Under the pieces are notes generated by a model. That model saw only the letters and a list, made by a program, of their open reading frames with translations, had not been told where the DNA came from and searched no databases. 38,421 nucleotides of DNA from a virus. Its lineage: Duplodnaviria > Caudoviricetes. Each line of letters begins with the position of its first letter. Position 1 is the stretch's first letter. The stretch lies in the IMG/VR virus record IMGVR_UViG_3300037479_000370, positions 1 through 38,421 of that record. One strand, written 5' to 3'. The position numbers were made by a program, and so were the translations under genes. This document shows, in pieces, positions 6,731-15,343 of the stretch.

Positions 6731-8676
6731 GCGTCAGCTTGCTGTCGCGCCTCTTCGGCGTCCGAGCTGAGGGCAGCGGAAACCCACTCGACGATCGCTA
6801 CTACCCAGAGCTGGCCGGGGCGGCGGGGCGGATGTCACCGGAGATGGCCCTCAAGGTGGCCGCAGTGTATCGGTGCGTCGCCATCCGGGCGAACATCGCG
6901 GCCTTTCTTCCGCTCGGCGTCTACGAGGATCTTGGTCGAGATGGCGACGAAGGGAAGAAGCGGCGGGCCCTCGAGCATCCCATGGACTTGCCGCTACGTC
7001 TGCGACCGAACCGTCGTCAGACGTCGTTTGAGTGGCGCCGCCAGCTTAACGTGTCGCTGCTCCTGCGCGGCAACGCCTATTGCCAGATCCGGCCAGGCGA
7101 TCGGCGGGGGGCGTTCGAGCTGATCCCGCTGCACCCTGATCGGATGCGGGGCCCGGAGGAGACGAGCGGCGGCGAGCTGCGGTGGTACTACGAGCCGGCG
7201 AACGGACAGAGGGTGCCGCTACTCGACGGCTTTGACCTCTGGCACCTAAAGGGACTGAACGAGGATGGCCTGAAGGGCCTGGCGATGACCGACCTGGCCA
7301 GCGACACTTTCGGCATCGCCGCGTCGGCAGAGAAGCACACGAAGCGGTTCTTCGATCGCGGCGTGAAGCTCGCTGGCGTCCTCGAGCATCCGGGCCGGCT
7401 CAAGGCCGAGACCGCCAACGAGATCGGTGACTCGTTCGGGCGCCGGTTCGGTGGCGTGGAGGGTCAGGGCAGGGTGCCCGTCCTGTGGGAGGGGATGCAG
7501 TACAAGGTGCTCAGCATGACCCACAAGGACGCTGAGTTCCTGGAATCTCGGAAGTTCGAGGTCACGGATGTCGCTCGATGGTTCGGGGTCCCGCCGCATC
7601 TCGTCGCCGACGTGGAGAAGAGCACCTCGTGGGGGACCGGGATCGAGGAGCAGAACCTCGGCTTCCTCCTCTACACGATCCTCCCGGACCTGACCCTCTG
7701 GGAGCAGAGGATCCGGCACGACCTCCTGGCCCAGCCGGAGCGCTTCTACGCTCGCTTCAATGTCAGCGCCTTGCTGCGAGCTTCCACAAAGGTCCGCTAC
7801 GAGGTCTACCAGATTGCCATCACGAACGGCATCCTCAGCCCGAACGAGTGCCGGGAGCTCGAGGATCGCAACCCGCGCGACGGGGGCGACGAGTACCTGA
7901 CGCCGATGAACATGCGCCAGGGCAGTCAGCCCGCGGGTGTCGAACCGCTCCCGCCGGATGGCGAGAAGGCGGCGATCGCCATCGCTCACCGGCTGGCCGA
8001 GGAGCTGAGCAGGCCGCCGCGCTCGGATGCCACGGGCGCCAGCGAGCGGACAGTCGAGGCGGTGCTCGCGGGGATCGACGTCGTGATGCAGGCTCGGGAC
8101 CGCGCCGCGGCGGCCGACGCCCGGGCGCGCGCGTTGGCTCGGTTCGCGGCAGGTCTCCTGGTTGACCGCGAGCTCGCGGAGCTGCGAGACCTCGCCGAGA
8201 AGGCGGGGAAGAGCGGGGCGCGGTGGCGGCACGCCGTGACCAGCTTCTACGGCCGCCACGGGGGGCCTGTCGCCGAGGCGATGGGGATCCCGCTTGACAC
8301 GGTGCGGGCTTGGTGCCGCGAGCGGCAAGAAGAGGTGATCGCCAACGGGCTGCCGGTCGAACCGGAGCCGTGGCGATCCGGGCGTATCGCCGCGCTGGTC
8401 GATCTGGCCGTGGCCGCGCCCGTTGGGCCGGCGGTGTCGGTCGTAGTCGAAGCGCCGGCACCGGTTGTCGTGCCGGCGCCGGCCGTCCAGGCCCCGCCCC
8501 CGGTCGTGATCCCCGCCGCGCAGGTCTCGGTCAGTACGCCCGAGACGATGACGGTGAAGGGGTCGATCGACGTTCGTGTGACGGAGGCTCCGGATCCACC
8601 GGTGATGGAGTCGAAGATCACGCGGGACAAGGCCACCGGCCAAGCGACCGGGACAGTGACGAGGCCGAAGAGGTAG
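6727..8676 (+). CDS. Portal protein, HK97 family, with a C-terminal extension of about 250 aa
   Basis: AVYRCV, RPNRRQT, LLLRGNAY, VARWFGVPPHL, GILSPNECRELE, GGDEYLTPMNM; the ORF continues about 250 aa further. Confidence 0.95.
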   Translation: MSVSLLSRLFGVRAEGSGNPLDDRYYPELAGAAGRMSPEMALKVAAVYRCVAIRANIAAFLPLGVYEDLGRDGDEGKKRRALEHPMDLPLRLRPNRRQTSFEWRRQLNVSLLLRGNAYCQIRPGDRRGAFELIPLHPDRMRGPEETSGGELRWYYEPANGQRVPLLDGFDLWHLKGLNEDGLKGLAMTDLASDTFGIAASAEKHTKRFFDRGVKLAGVLEHPGRLKAETANEIGDSFGRRFGGVEGQGRVPVLWEGMQYKVLSMTHKDAEFLESRKFEVTDVARWFGVPPHLVADVEKSTSWGTGIEEQNLGFLLYTILPDLTLWEQRIRHDLLAQPERFYARFNVSALLRASTKVRYEVYQIAITNGILSPNECRELEDRNPRDGGDEYLTPMNMRQGSQPAGVEPLPPDGEKAAIAIAHRLAEELSRPPRSDATGASERTVEAVLAGIDVVMQARDRAAAADARARALARFAAGLLVDRELAELRDLAEKAGKSGARWRHAVTSFYGRHGGPVAEAMGIPLDTVRAWCRERQEEVIANGLPVEPEPWRSGRIAALVDLAVAAPVGPAVSVVVEAPAPVVVPAPAVQAPPPVVIPAAQVSVSTPETMTVKGSIDVRVTEAPDPPVMESKITRDKATGQATGTVTRPKR

Positions 8677-8679
8677 CCG

Positions 8680-9081
8680 ATGGCGATCCAGCTCAGCGTC
8701 GGCGTCCGGAACGCCCGCCTCGACGCGATCGAGACCGAAGCCGGTGCCTCCGCGATCCTCAAGATCCGCACCGGCGCGCCCCCGGCCGACTGCGCGGCCG
8801 CGGACAGTGGGACGGTCCTGGCGATGCTCAACCTCCCATCCGACTGGATGGCGGCTGCGTCGGGGGGATCCAAGGCGAAGAGCGGGACCTGGCAGGATGC
8901 CGCCGCGGACGCGGCAGGAACGGCTGGGCACTTCCGGATCTACAAGAGCGATGGGGTCACCTGCGTCATCCAGGGAACGTGCGGCCAAGGATCCGGCGAC
9001 CTCCAGCTCGACAACACAAACATCGCGGTCGGCCAGGTCGTCACGGTGACCGCCTTCACGCTCACGGATGGGAACGCATGA
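8680..9081 (+). CDS. Small virion structural protein (beta-rich, fibre-associated type)
   Basis: RNARLDAI, LKIRTGAPPA, GTAGHFRI, DLQLDNTNI.VGQ.VTVTAFTLT; pattern seen in phage minor structural proteins. Confidence 0.75.
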   Translation: MAIQLSVGVRNARLDAIETEAGASAILKIRTGAPPADCAAADSGTVLAMLNLPSDWMAAASGGSKAKSGTWQDAAADAAGTAGHFRIYKSDGVTCVIQGTCGQGSGDLQLDNTNIAVGQVVTVTAFTLTDGNA

Positions 9082-10184
9082 TCCTCTCGACACACGCGAG
9101 TCGCCTTGATCGTTGGCTCGGCCCCGAGATGACGGAGCACATCTCCCGGGCGATGCGGCAGTGGTACGGCCCACCGATCGCGCTCGCTGGCGTGCCGGGA
9201 TCGGTCTGGGCGCACCGCGGCGGGGACTTTCGGGGCCGAATCGCTTCCGGTCAGTTCCTCTCGGCGATCGATTGGGCCGTGATGCGGCTCAGACGAGCGT
9301 GGCGGGACACCTGCCGCCGGCAGTGGCGCCAGGCGCACGTGGGATTCTCCAGCCTTTCCGACCTGATCGCCGAGGCGACGGCCGGGAAGCGCCGGCAGTG
9401 GCCATGGCAGAAGGTCGGAACGACCGGGGTCGTGGGCGTGACCAATAGTCTGTGGAGGGTGGGGAACCAGCCCGCCGCAGCCGCGAATGCGAGCAACGCG
9501 CCCGGAGGAAACGCGCCGACGAACGCGACTACGGGAGCAATGCCGTTCGACAACGTCTCGCCCGACACCCGCCACATCGTCGCCGCCGGCGCGGTCGCGT
9601 CCGTAGCGGGTAACACGCTTCTCCTCTACGACCGCATCTTCCAGGTCAACAAGACCATGTCCAGTACCGCCACGGAGGCGGTGACCGGCGTTCCGACGCG
9701 CTACCAAAGCACGACCCCCGGCGCGCAAGACTCCGCCGAGGGGAACTTTTTGTTCGTCGAAGTGGGGGCGGCGCTCGGCGCCACGGCCCACAACTGGACC
9801 GTGTGCCAGTACACCGACCAGGGGGGCACAGGCGGGGTCAGCCTCCCGTCGCTCACCGGCAACGCCTCAGCCATCGTGAACCGACTCGACCACCCGGCGA
9901 GCCAGTGGTTTGCGCCGTTGGCGTCGGGAGACACAGGGATCCAGCAGCTTGATCAGATGCAGTGCTCAGCGAGCGTGACCGGCACAATCAACTTCGTGAT
10001 CGGACACCCGCTCTGCTGGATCCCGATCCCGATCGCCAATCTGTTCTGCGAGGTCGACGGGATCAACACCTCATTCAACCTGGTGCGGATCTTCGACGAC
10101 GCCGCGCTCGCGTTGCTCGAGGTCATGAAGCCGTCGACGACCGCGACGACCTACAACGCCTGCGTGACCACGGTGGCAGGATGA
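9078..10184 (+). CDS. Putative virion structural protein (368 aa)
   Basis: ATGA-coupled start; GFSSLSDLI, SLWRVG..P, TLLLYDRIF, RY, FAPLASGDTGI motifs; Thr/Gly/Ala-rich beta content. Confidence 0.7.
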   Translation: MILSTHASRLDRWLGPEMTEHISRAMRQWYGPPIALAGVPGSVWAHRGGDFRGRIASGQFLSAIDWAVMRLRRAWRDTCRRQWRQAHVGFSSLSDLIAEATAGKRRQWPWQKVGTTGVVGVTNSLWRVGNQPAAAANASNAPGGNAPTNATTGAMPFDNVSPDTRHIVAAGAVASVAGNTLLLYDRIFQVNKTMSSTATEAVTGVPTRYQSTTPGAQDSAEGNFLFVEVGAALGATAHNWTVCQYTDQGGTGGVSLPSLTGNASAIVNRLDHPASQWFAPLASGDTGIQQLDQMQCSASVTGTINFVIGHPLCWIPIPIANLFCEVDGINTSFNLVRIFDDAALALLEVMKPSTTATTYNACVTTVAG

Positions 10185-10729
10185 AGGGCTGGCTCTTCTC
10201 CGGCCGCCGAGCGAGACGCCACGGCAAGGCGTCCCTCCAGTGGGCTCCCACGCTCACGAACCACGACCCCAACCCACCGATCACGATCGAGAGCCCGACC
10301 GGGGGCGGCGAGATCACGGGAACGCTCGCCGCCACACTCGGTGCGCTGACGCTTGCCGCAACGGCAACAGTCGCCGTCTCAGGGCAAGCGGCACCGACTC
10401 TCGCCGCAGCTACCGTGTCGGGCGCGGCGACGGTCGAGGTCCAGGCCGTCAGCGCCTCAGAACTCAGCGCACTCACCGTCGGGGGCACGGCCGAGGCCGC
10501 GATCCGCGGCACGGCCGAGCTGACGCTCGATGCTCTGGTGGTCGCCGGGGTGGCGACGGTAGAGATCCGGGGATCGACAGACGTCGACCTCGCGGCGTTG
10601 ATGGCGAACGCCACCGGCTCTGGCGCTGGCGCAGAAGGCACGGGCTGGCCGCCGTGGATGATCGAGGCGCAGCGCTGGCGCGTACAGGATGACGAAGACG
10701 AGGAGCTGCTGCTCCTCCTGCGAGGTTGA
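10181..10729 (+). CDS. Fibre-like protein with about 21-aa repeats and C-terminal DDEDEELLLLL
   Basis: Repeats ITGTLAATLGALTLAATATVA / VSGQAAPTLAAATVSGAATVE / VQAVSASELSALTVGGTAEAA / IRGTAELTLDALVVAGVATVE. Confidence 0.7.
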   Translation: MKGWLFSGRRARRHGKASLQWAPTLTNHDPNPPITIESPTGGGEITGTLAATLGALTLAATATVAVSGQAAPTLAAATVSGAATVEVQAVSASELSALTVGGTAEAAIRGTAELTLDALVVAGVATVEIRGSTDVDLAALMANATGSGAGAEGTGWPPWMIEAQRWRVQDDEDEELLLLLRG

Positions 10730-10731
10730 CC

Positions 10732-11625
10732 ATGTTGAGCCTGCTCTACGATCAGCCGCTGGCCCTCACCTGGGGCGTGGTAGAGGCGATCCGAACCGCC
10801 GACGAGGCGACGCTCAGGGCTATGGCGGCGAGGGCCCGGCCCGATTCCTTGGAGGGAGCCGAGGGCGGCGTCATCGCCGTCCTGCCCGTTTACGGTCCCA
10901 TCTCGCAGCGCCCCGACATGTTCACGGCGTTCTTCGGCGGGACGTCCTTGGCTGGCCTCACCGCCCGGTTCCGTGCCGCCATGGCGGATCCGGCGATCAA
11001 GGCCATCGTGTTCGAGCACGACTCCCCGGGGGGCACCGCATACGGAGTGCCCGAGCTGGCGCGGGAGATCCGCGAGGCGCGCGGATCGAAGCCCATCGTG
11101 TCCATGGTCAACAGCCTCTCGGCGTCCGCCGATTACTGGCTGGCGGCGCAGGCGGACAAAGTCGTCGCGACGCCATCGGGGGCGGTGGGCTCGGTCGGGG
11201 TCTACCTGATTCACGTCAACGAGGGTCCCGCCGCCGAGAAGGCAGGGGTCCAGATCAGCGTGGTCACCGCCGGCGGCATGAAGGGCGACGCCACCGGGCT
11301 CGAGGCTCTGACCGAGGAAGGCCGGGCGGCGATGCAGGCCCGCGTGGACCACGTCTACGGGATGTTCGTGGCGGACCTGGCGAAGGGCCGGGGAGTATCG
11401 CCGGAGACGGTGCGCAGTTCCTTCGGCCGCGGTGCGATCGTGACCCCGCCAGCGGCGAAAGAAGCGGGCATGATCGATCGAATCGACACCCTGGATGGCG
11501 TGCTCCGCACGCTCAGCTCGCCGGCCGGGCGGCGATCGATGATGAAGGCGGCGGAGGGGGCGGAGCTGGCCTACGATGGTGAGGCCGAGCGCCGCCTGCG
11601 GAGCATGAAGGTCAGGGGGGCTTGA
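10732..11625 (+). CDS. Prohead maturation protease, S49 (SppA-like) family
   Basis: IAVLPVYGPI, DSPGG, SASADYWLA, VGSVGV, GMIDRIDTL. Confidence 0.93.
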   Translation: MLSLLYDQPLALTWGVVEAIRTADEATLRAMAARARPDSLEGAEGGVIAVLPVYGPISQRPDMFTAFFGGTSLAGLTARFRAAMADPAIKAIVFEHDSPGGTAYGVPELAREIREARGSKPIVSMVNSLSASADYWLAAQADKVVATPSGAVGSVGVYLIHVNEGPAAEKAGVQISVVTAGGMKGDATGLEALTEEGRAAMQARVDHVYGMFVADLAKGRGVSPETVRSSFGRGAIVTPPAAKEAGMIDRIDTLDGVLRTLSSPAGRRSMMKAAEGAELAYDGEAERRLRSMKVRGA

Positions 11626-11651
11626 CAGCCGCCCGGTCGCTGCCCTATTCT
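11622..11651 (+). promoter_or_regulatory. Putative capsid-operon promoter
   Basis: TTGACA 11622-11627, 18 bp, TATTCT 11646-11651. Confidence 0.6.
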
Positions 11652-11654
11652 CAC

Positions 11655-11812
11655 GCGTAGACGTAGGCCGGTCCGGGCCGCAGCCGTTGAGACAGCCGCC
11701 CGGTCGGTAACGCAGCGCTCGCGGTCAAAGCCGCCAGCCTGTTGGCTCCAACGAAACCAGTTGGGGCCCAGGCGGCGGCTTTTGCGCTTCCTGGGCCACC
11801 AGGAGGCTGCAC
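11655..11812 (+). promoter_or_regulatory. Structured leader / attenuator upstream of the major capsid gene
   Basis: Hairpin 11667-11708; long hairpin 11727-11782 ending in a T-run; alternative stem GGCCCAGG 11765-11772 / CCTGGGCC 11790-11797; RBS AGGAGG 11801-11806. Confidence 0.65.
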
Positions 11813-13144
11813 ATGAGCGCAGGACGAATCGCCGAGCTGGAGGCCCGGCGGGAAGAGCTGAAGGCACAGCACGCGGAGCTGCTCAAGCCCTCCGCGACCG
11901 ACAAGCGCCCCCTGACAGACAAGGAACTCGAGGACGCCAACCGCGTCGAGGCGGAGCTGGAGTCGGTCGTCGCCACGCTCAAGCACGAGCAGAAGCGGCT
12001 CGCGTACGAGCGGGACGTCGCACCGGCTACGTCCAGCACCAGCACGACGGCCGACGAGGGACCGAATCCCTGGGGCGACATCTCGGATCCCGAGGACCAC
12101 GAGGCCTTCGTCCACGCTTTCGGGTCCTACCTGCAGGCCATCGCCAACGTGAAGCTCAAGGGCGAGATCGATCCGCGGCTCCTGGCACCGAGGGCGGCTG
12201 CCAGCGGCATGAGCACCAGCGTTCCGTCCGATGGCGGGTTCCTCGTTCGGACGGACTTCTCGACCCGGCTGCTGGCCCGGGCCCGGGAGGAGGCGCGCCT
12301 CTTGCCCCTCTGCACGCGCGTTCCCATCGGCCAGGACTTCGATGGCCTCGAGGCACCGTACATCGACGAGACGTCGCGGGCCACCGGGTCCCGGTGGGGC
12401 GGCGTCCAGGTCTTCCGGCGCGCGGAGGCCGACAGCGTCACGGCGAAGCAGCCGAAGCTCGGCATCCTGGAGATCCGCCTCGAGGACATGATGGGGATCG
12501 CCTACGCGACCGGGCGTAGCCTCTCGGACGCGCCTGCGCTCGGCACCCTCATCGAGAACAGCTTCGCCTCGGAGTTCAGCTTCAAGATCGACGACGAGAT
12601 CTTCCGCGGGACCGGCGGCGGCCAGTGCCTCGGTCTCTACCCGGGCGGCAACCTGGGCTCCGCCACCGTCCAGCAGGCGAAGGAGGGCGGCCAGGCCGTG
12701 GACACCGTCGTCGCCGCGAACGTGCAGAAGATGTTCGCGCACATCCCGCCGCGGCTGCTGACCGGAGCGGTCTGGATCATCGGGAACGAGGTCTGGCCGC
12801 AACTCTTCGGCATGAACCAGGCCAACATGCCGGTCTTCATGCCCGGGATCTCGATGGCCAACGCCCCGTACGGGACGCTCCTGGGCCGCCCGATCGTGCC
12901 CATCGAGCAGGCCTCGGCGATCGGAGACCTCGGGGACATCACCTTCGCCAACCTCGCGGAGTACCTGATCATCGAGAAGGGCGGCCTCCAGACGGCTCAG
13001 TCCATGCACGTGCGCTTCCTGTACGACGAGATGACCTTCCGGTTCATCTACCGGATCAACGGGAAGCCGGCCTGGAAGTCGGCCCTGACGCCCTACAAGG
13101 GCGCCTTCACGCTCTCGCCGTTCGTCGGCCTCGAAGCGCGGTAA
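11813..13144 (+). CDS. Major capsid protein, HK97 fold, with N-terminal coiled-coil delta domain
   Basis: SDGGFLV, IFRGTGGGQCLG, TLLGRPIV, GDITFANL, HVRFLYDEMTFRFIYRINGKP. Confidence 0.96.
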   Translation: MSAGRIAELEARREELKAQHAELLKPSATDKRPLTDKELEDANRVEAELESVVATLKHEQKRLAYERDVAPATSSTSTTADEGPNPWGDISDPEDHEAFVHAFGSYLQAIANVKLKGEIDPRLLAPRAAASGMSTSVPSDGGFLVRTDFSTRLLARAREEARLLPLCTRVPIGQDFDGLEAPYIDETSRATGSRWGGVQVFRRAEADSVTAKQPKLGILEIRLEDMMGIAYATGRSLSDAPALGTLIENSFASEFSFKIDDEIFRGTGGGQCLGLYPGGNLGSATVQQAKEGGQAVDTVVAANVQKMFAHIPPRLLTGAVWIIGNEVWPQLFGMNQANMPVFMPGISMANAPYGTLLGRPIVPIEQASAIGDLGDITFANLAEYLIIEKGGLQTAQSMHVRFLYDEMTFRFIYRINGKPAWKSALTPYKGAFTLSPFVGLEAR

Positions 13145-13169
13145 AGGCGCGCTCGGAAGGAGAACCGCC

Positions 13170-13646
13170 ATGCAGCTCCACATCCCCCAGCTGCTGACCC
13201 CGTACCACATGCTGGCCCCGGCGGCCGACGCGGCCGGTCGCTCGAGCACGTACCTGAGCCTGAAGAACGCCGTGAAGGCGTGGGCGGTCTTCTACATCGA
13301 GCAGGGCAACGCCGCCACGATCGCGCTCTCGATCCAGCAGGCGACCAACGTCGCCGGCGCCGGCTCCAAGGCGATCAACGCCGCTCGGATCTGGACGAAG
13401 CTCGACGAGGCCACGGCCGACTTCGCGCAGCAGGCCGAGGCCGCCTCCTTCACCACGGACGCCGCGCTCAAGAAGAAGATCGTCATCTTCGAGTTGGACC
13501 TCGTGAAGGTCTTCGACGTCGCCGGCGACTTCGACTGCCTCCGGCTCACGACGGGCGCCAGCAACGTGGCGAACATCACGTCGGGGCTCCTGTTCATCCA
13601 GCCGAAGGATGGCGGCGCGACGATCCCGAGCCCGCTCACCGACTAA
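13170..13646 (+). CDS. Putative capsid decoration/cement protein
   Basis: 157-aa beta-rich ORF directly after the capsid gene; YLSLKN, LSIQQAT..AGAGSKA, FDCLRL pattern; RBS AAGGAG. Confidence 0.7.
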   Translation: MQLHIPQLLTPYHMLAPAADAAGRSSTYLSLKNAVKAWAVFYIEQGNAATIALSIQQATNVAGAGSKAINAARIWTKLDEATADFAQQAEAASFTTDAALKKKIVIFELDLVKVFDVAGDFDCLRLTTGASNVANITSGLLFIQPKDGGATIPSPLTD

Positions 13647-13654
13647 CCGCCGTT

Positions 13655-13686
13655 GCCCGCCCCGGGCACAGAGCCCCGGGGCGGGC
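13655..13686. promoter_or_regulatory. Perfect 12-bp GC hairpin with no U-tract
   Basis: GCCCGCCCCGGG-cacagagc-CCCGGGGCGGGC. Confidence 0.7.
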
Positions 13687-13697
13687 CGGGAGGCAGC

Positions 13698-13883
13698 ATG
13701 GTCAAGGTGGAGATCCTGAGCGGCAACCTCGCGGGTTCCGTCACCGAGATGTCGAAGACGGAGGCCGAGGTGGCGGTCGCGTTCGGCTACGGCCGGCTCG
13801 TCGACGGTCCACCGTCGCCGTCATCGCCGGGGCCTGAGGGCAAGAGCAAGAAGGGGAAGGGGCAGAAGGCAGCCATCGAGTAG
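13698..13883 (+). CDS. Small head-associated protein (61 aa)
   Basis: MVKVEIL...AGSVTEMSKTEAEVAVAFGYGRLV plus basic tail; RBS GGGAGG; a typical post-capsid small gene. Confidence 0.75.
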   Translation: MVKVEILSGNLAGSVTEMSKTEAEVAVAFGYGRLVDGPPSPSSPGPEGKSKKGKGQKAAIE

Positions 13884-13889
13884 CGCGCC

Positions 13890-14825
13890 ATGGCGGTCCT
13901 GGATCTGATCACCCTCGACGAGTTCAAGCGGCATTACCCGCTGGCGGGTACGGCACAGGACGTGTACGCCCGAGAGGCGATCACCGGCGCCTCTCGCGTG
14001 ATCGAGCACTATCTCCAGCGTCGTCTCGTCTATCGCGCGCCCGGTGAGGATCCGGAGAACGACAACATCGTCGTGGCCGTGACCTACGCTAACGGACCGC
14101 TCACCGTCGAGGGTCAGCCCGGGCCCGGGGGCCGGACGCTCATCGTCACGCTGACCACCGCGACGGCCGGCACGATCACGGTGACGGGCACGGTCAGCGG
14201 CGTGCCCGGGACCACGGAGGTATTCGACGCCGCGAACGGCTTGGTCCAGCACGGCGTCAAGTTCTTCACGGCGATCTCCGGGATCATCGTCGCCGGCGCG
14301 GGGGGGGGAGGGCAGGTCAAGGTCGGTTCGTCCGCTGGGTACATCGAATACCACAGCCCACGTTATGGCGCGGAGATCAAGGCCCTCGAATGGCCCATCC
14401 GGCAGGTCGCGGAGGTCAACGAGGATCTGTCCCTCGTCTTCGGTGCGTCGACGGTTCTCGTCGAGACGACTGACTACGAGATCCGGAAAGAGCGCCGAGC
14501 GCTCGCCCGCGTGTCGGGTCGCCTCGCGTTCCCGTGGCTCATCGGGCACCGAGTCGTCAGGCTCACCTACTCCGCTGGCTACTTCGGCACGGCGAGCGTC
14601 CCCCGGGACATCAAGGAAGTGGCGTGCCGCCTGAGCGCCTGGGGCTTCCGCGAGGCCCTCAAGTCGGAGCCGGGCATGGCCAGCGGCTCGAACGCGACCG
14701 GGAGCTTCGTGTTCAGCGGCCCCGCCATGCTGACGACGGGGATGAAAGCGCAGCTCGATCCATATCTGCGGCCTGACCTCTTCGACTGGACCGGCGAGCG
14801 CGACTTCGACCTGGAGGCCGCCTGA
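13890..14825 (+). CDS. Head-tail adaptor (gp6/gp15-like) with an inserted beta domain
   Basis: LITLDEFK, ASRVIEHYLQRRL, VRLTYSAGY...VPRDIKEVAC, LDPY; about 100 extra residues after RRLVY. Confidence 0.85.
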   Translation: MAVLDLITLDEFKRHYPLAGTAQDVYAREAITGASRVIEHYLQRRLVYRAPGEDPENDNIVVAVTYANGPLTVEGQPGPGGRTLIVTLTTATAGTITVTGTVSGVPGTTEVFDAANGLVQHGVKFFTAISGIIVAGAGGGGQVKVGSSAGYIEYHSPRYGAEIKALEWPIRQVAEVNEDLSLVFGASTVLVETTDYEIRKERRALARVSGRLAFPWLIGHRVVRLTYSAGYFGTASVPRDIKEVACRLSAWGFREALKSEPGMASGSNATGSFVFSGPAMLTTGMKAQLDPYLRPDLFDWTGERDFDLEAA

Positions 14826-15340
14826 TGGCGCTGACACCCCGGGAGGCCGCGATCCGGCTCGGCGCCGTGGCCAAGGATCTGAACAAGACCACGGTCAACG
14901 CCGTGCGGCGCACGCTCACGCGCGTGCGGACGCTCACGATCGACGAGGTCCGGAAGCGCGGCGTGCTGCGGCGGCTCTTCGGCACCCACGCGTCCGGATC
15001 CGACAAGCGGGCGAAGTCCGGCCTGCTGCCGCTCATCAAGCGCGAGCGTGTGCGCGTCGAGGGGGCAAACATCCGCGGCGGTCTCGTCCTGCGCGGCCTC
15101 GTCGCTATCCAGGAAACCGGCGGGCGCACGAAGCCGCCCCGACGAGGGGGCGTGATCAAGCCGAAGCTGAAGAAGGCGCTCGCCTTCGGCGGGCGCGTCT
15201 TCAAGCAGGTCAAGCACCCCGGCGCGCGCCTCCCGGCGATCCCCACGGCTGGCGGCGTCATGCGGCGCTCGGAGCCGCTCTTCAAGGGCGGGGTCGATGC
15301 GGCGTACCGCGACCTGATCAACGCGAAGCTGGAGCGATGA
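14825..15340 (+). CDS. Neck / tail-completion protein (HK97 gp10-like)
   Basis: Basic protein with AIQETGG, IKPK.KKALAF, KQVKHPG motifs; synteny. Confidence 0.75.
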   Translation: MALTPREAAIRLGAVAKDLNKTTVNAVRRTLTRVRTLTIDEVRKRGVLRRLFGTHASGSDKRAKSGLLPLIKRERVRVEGANIRGGLVLRGLVAIQETGGRTKPPRRGGVIKPKLKKALAFGGRVFKQVKHPGARLPAIPTAGGVMRRSEPLFKGGVDAAYRDLINAKLER

Positions 15341-15343
15341 CCG

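Noticed and set aside
8310-9077. ORF-track N-terminal extension giving a 624-aa protein (similar extensions at 1215, 1913, 2212, 9962, 15337, 31165)
   Set aside because: The extensions overlap upstream genes in another frame; coupled ATGA/GTGA starts give better boundaries
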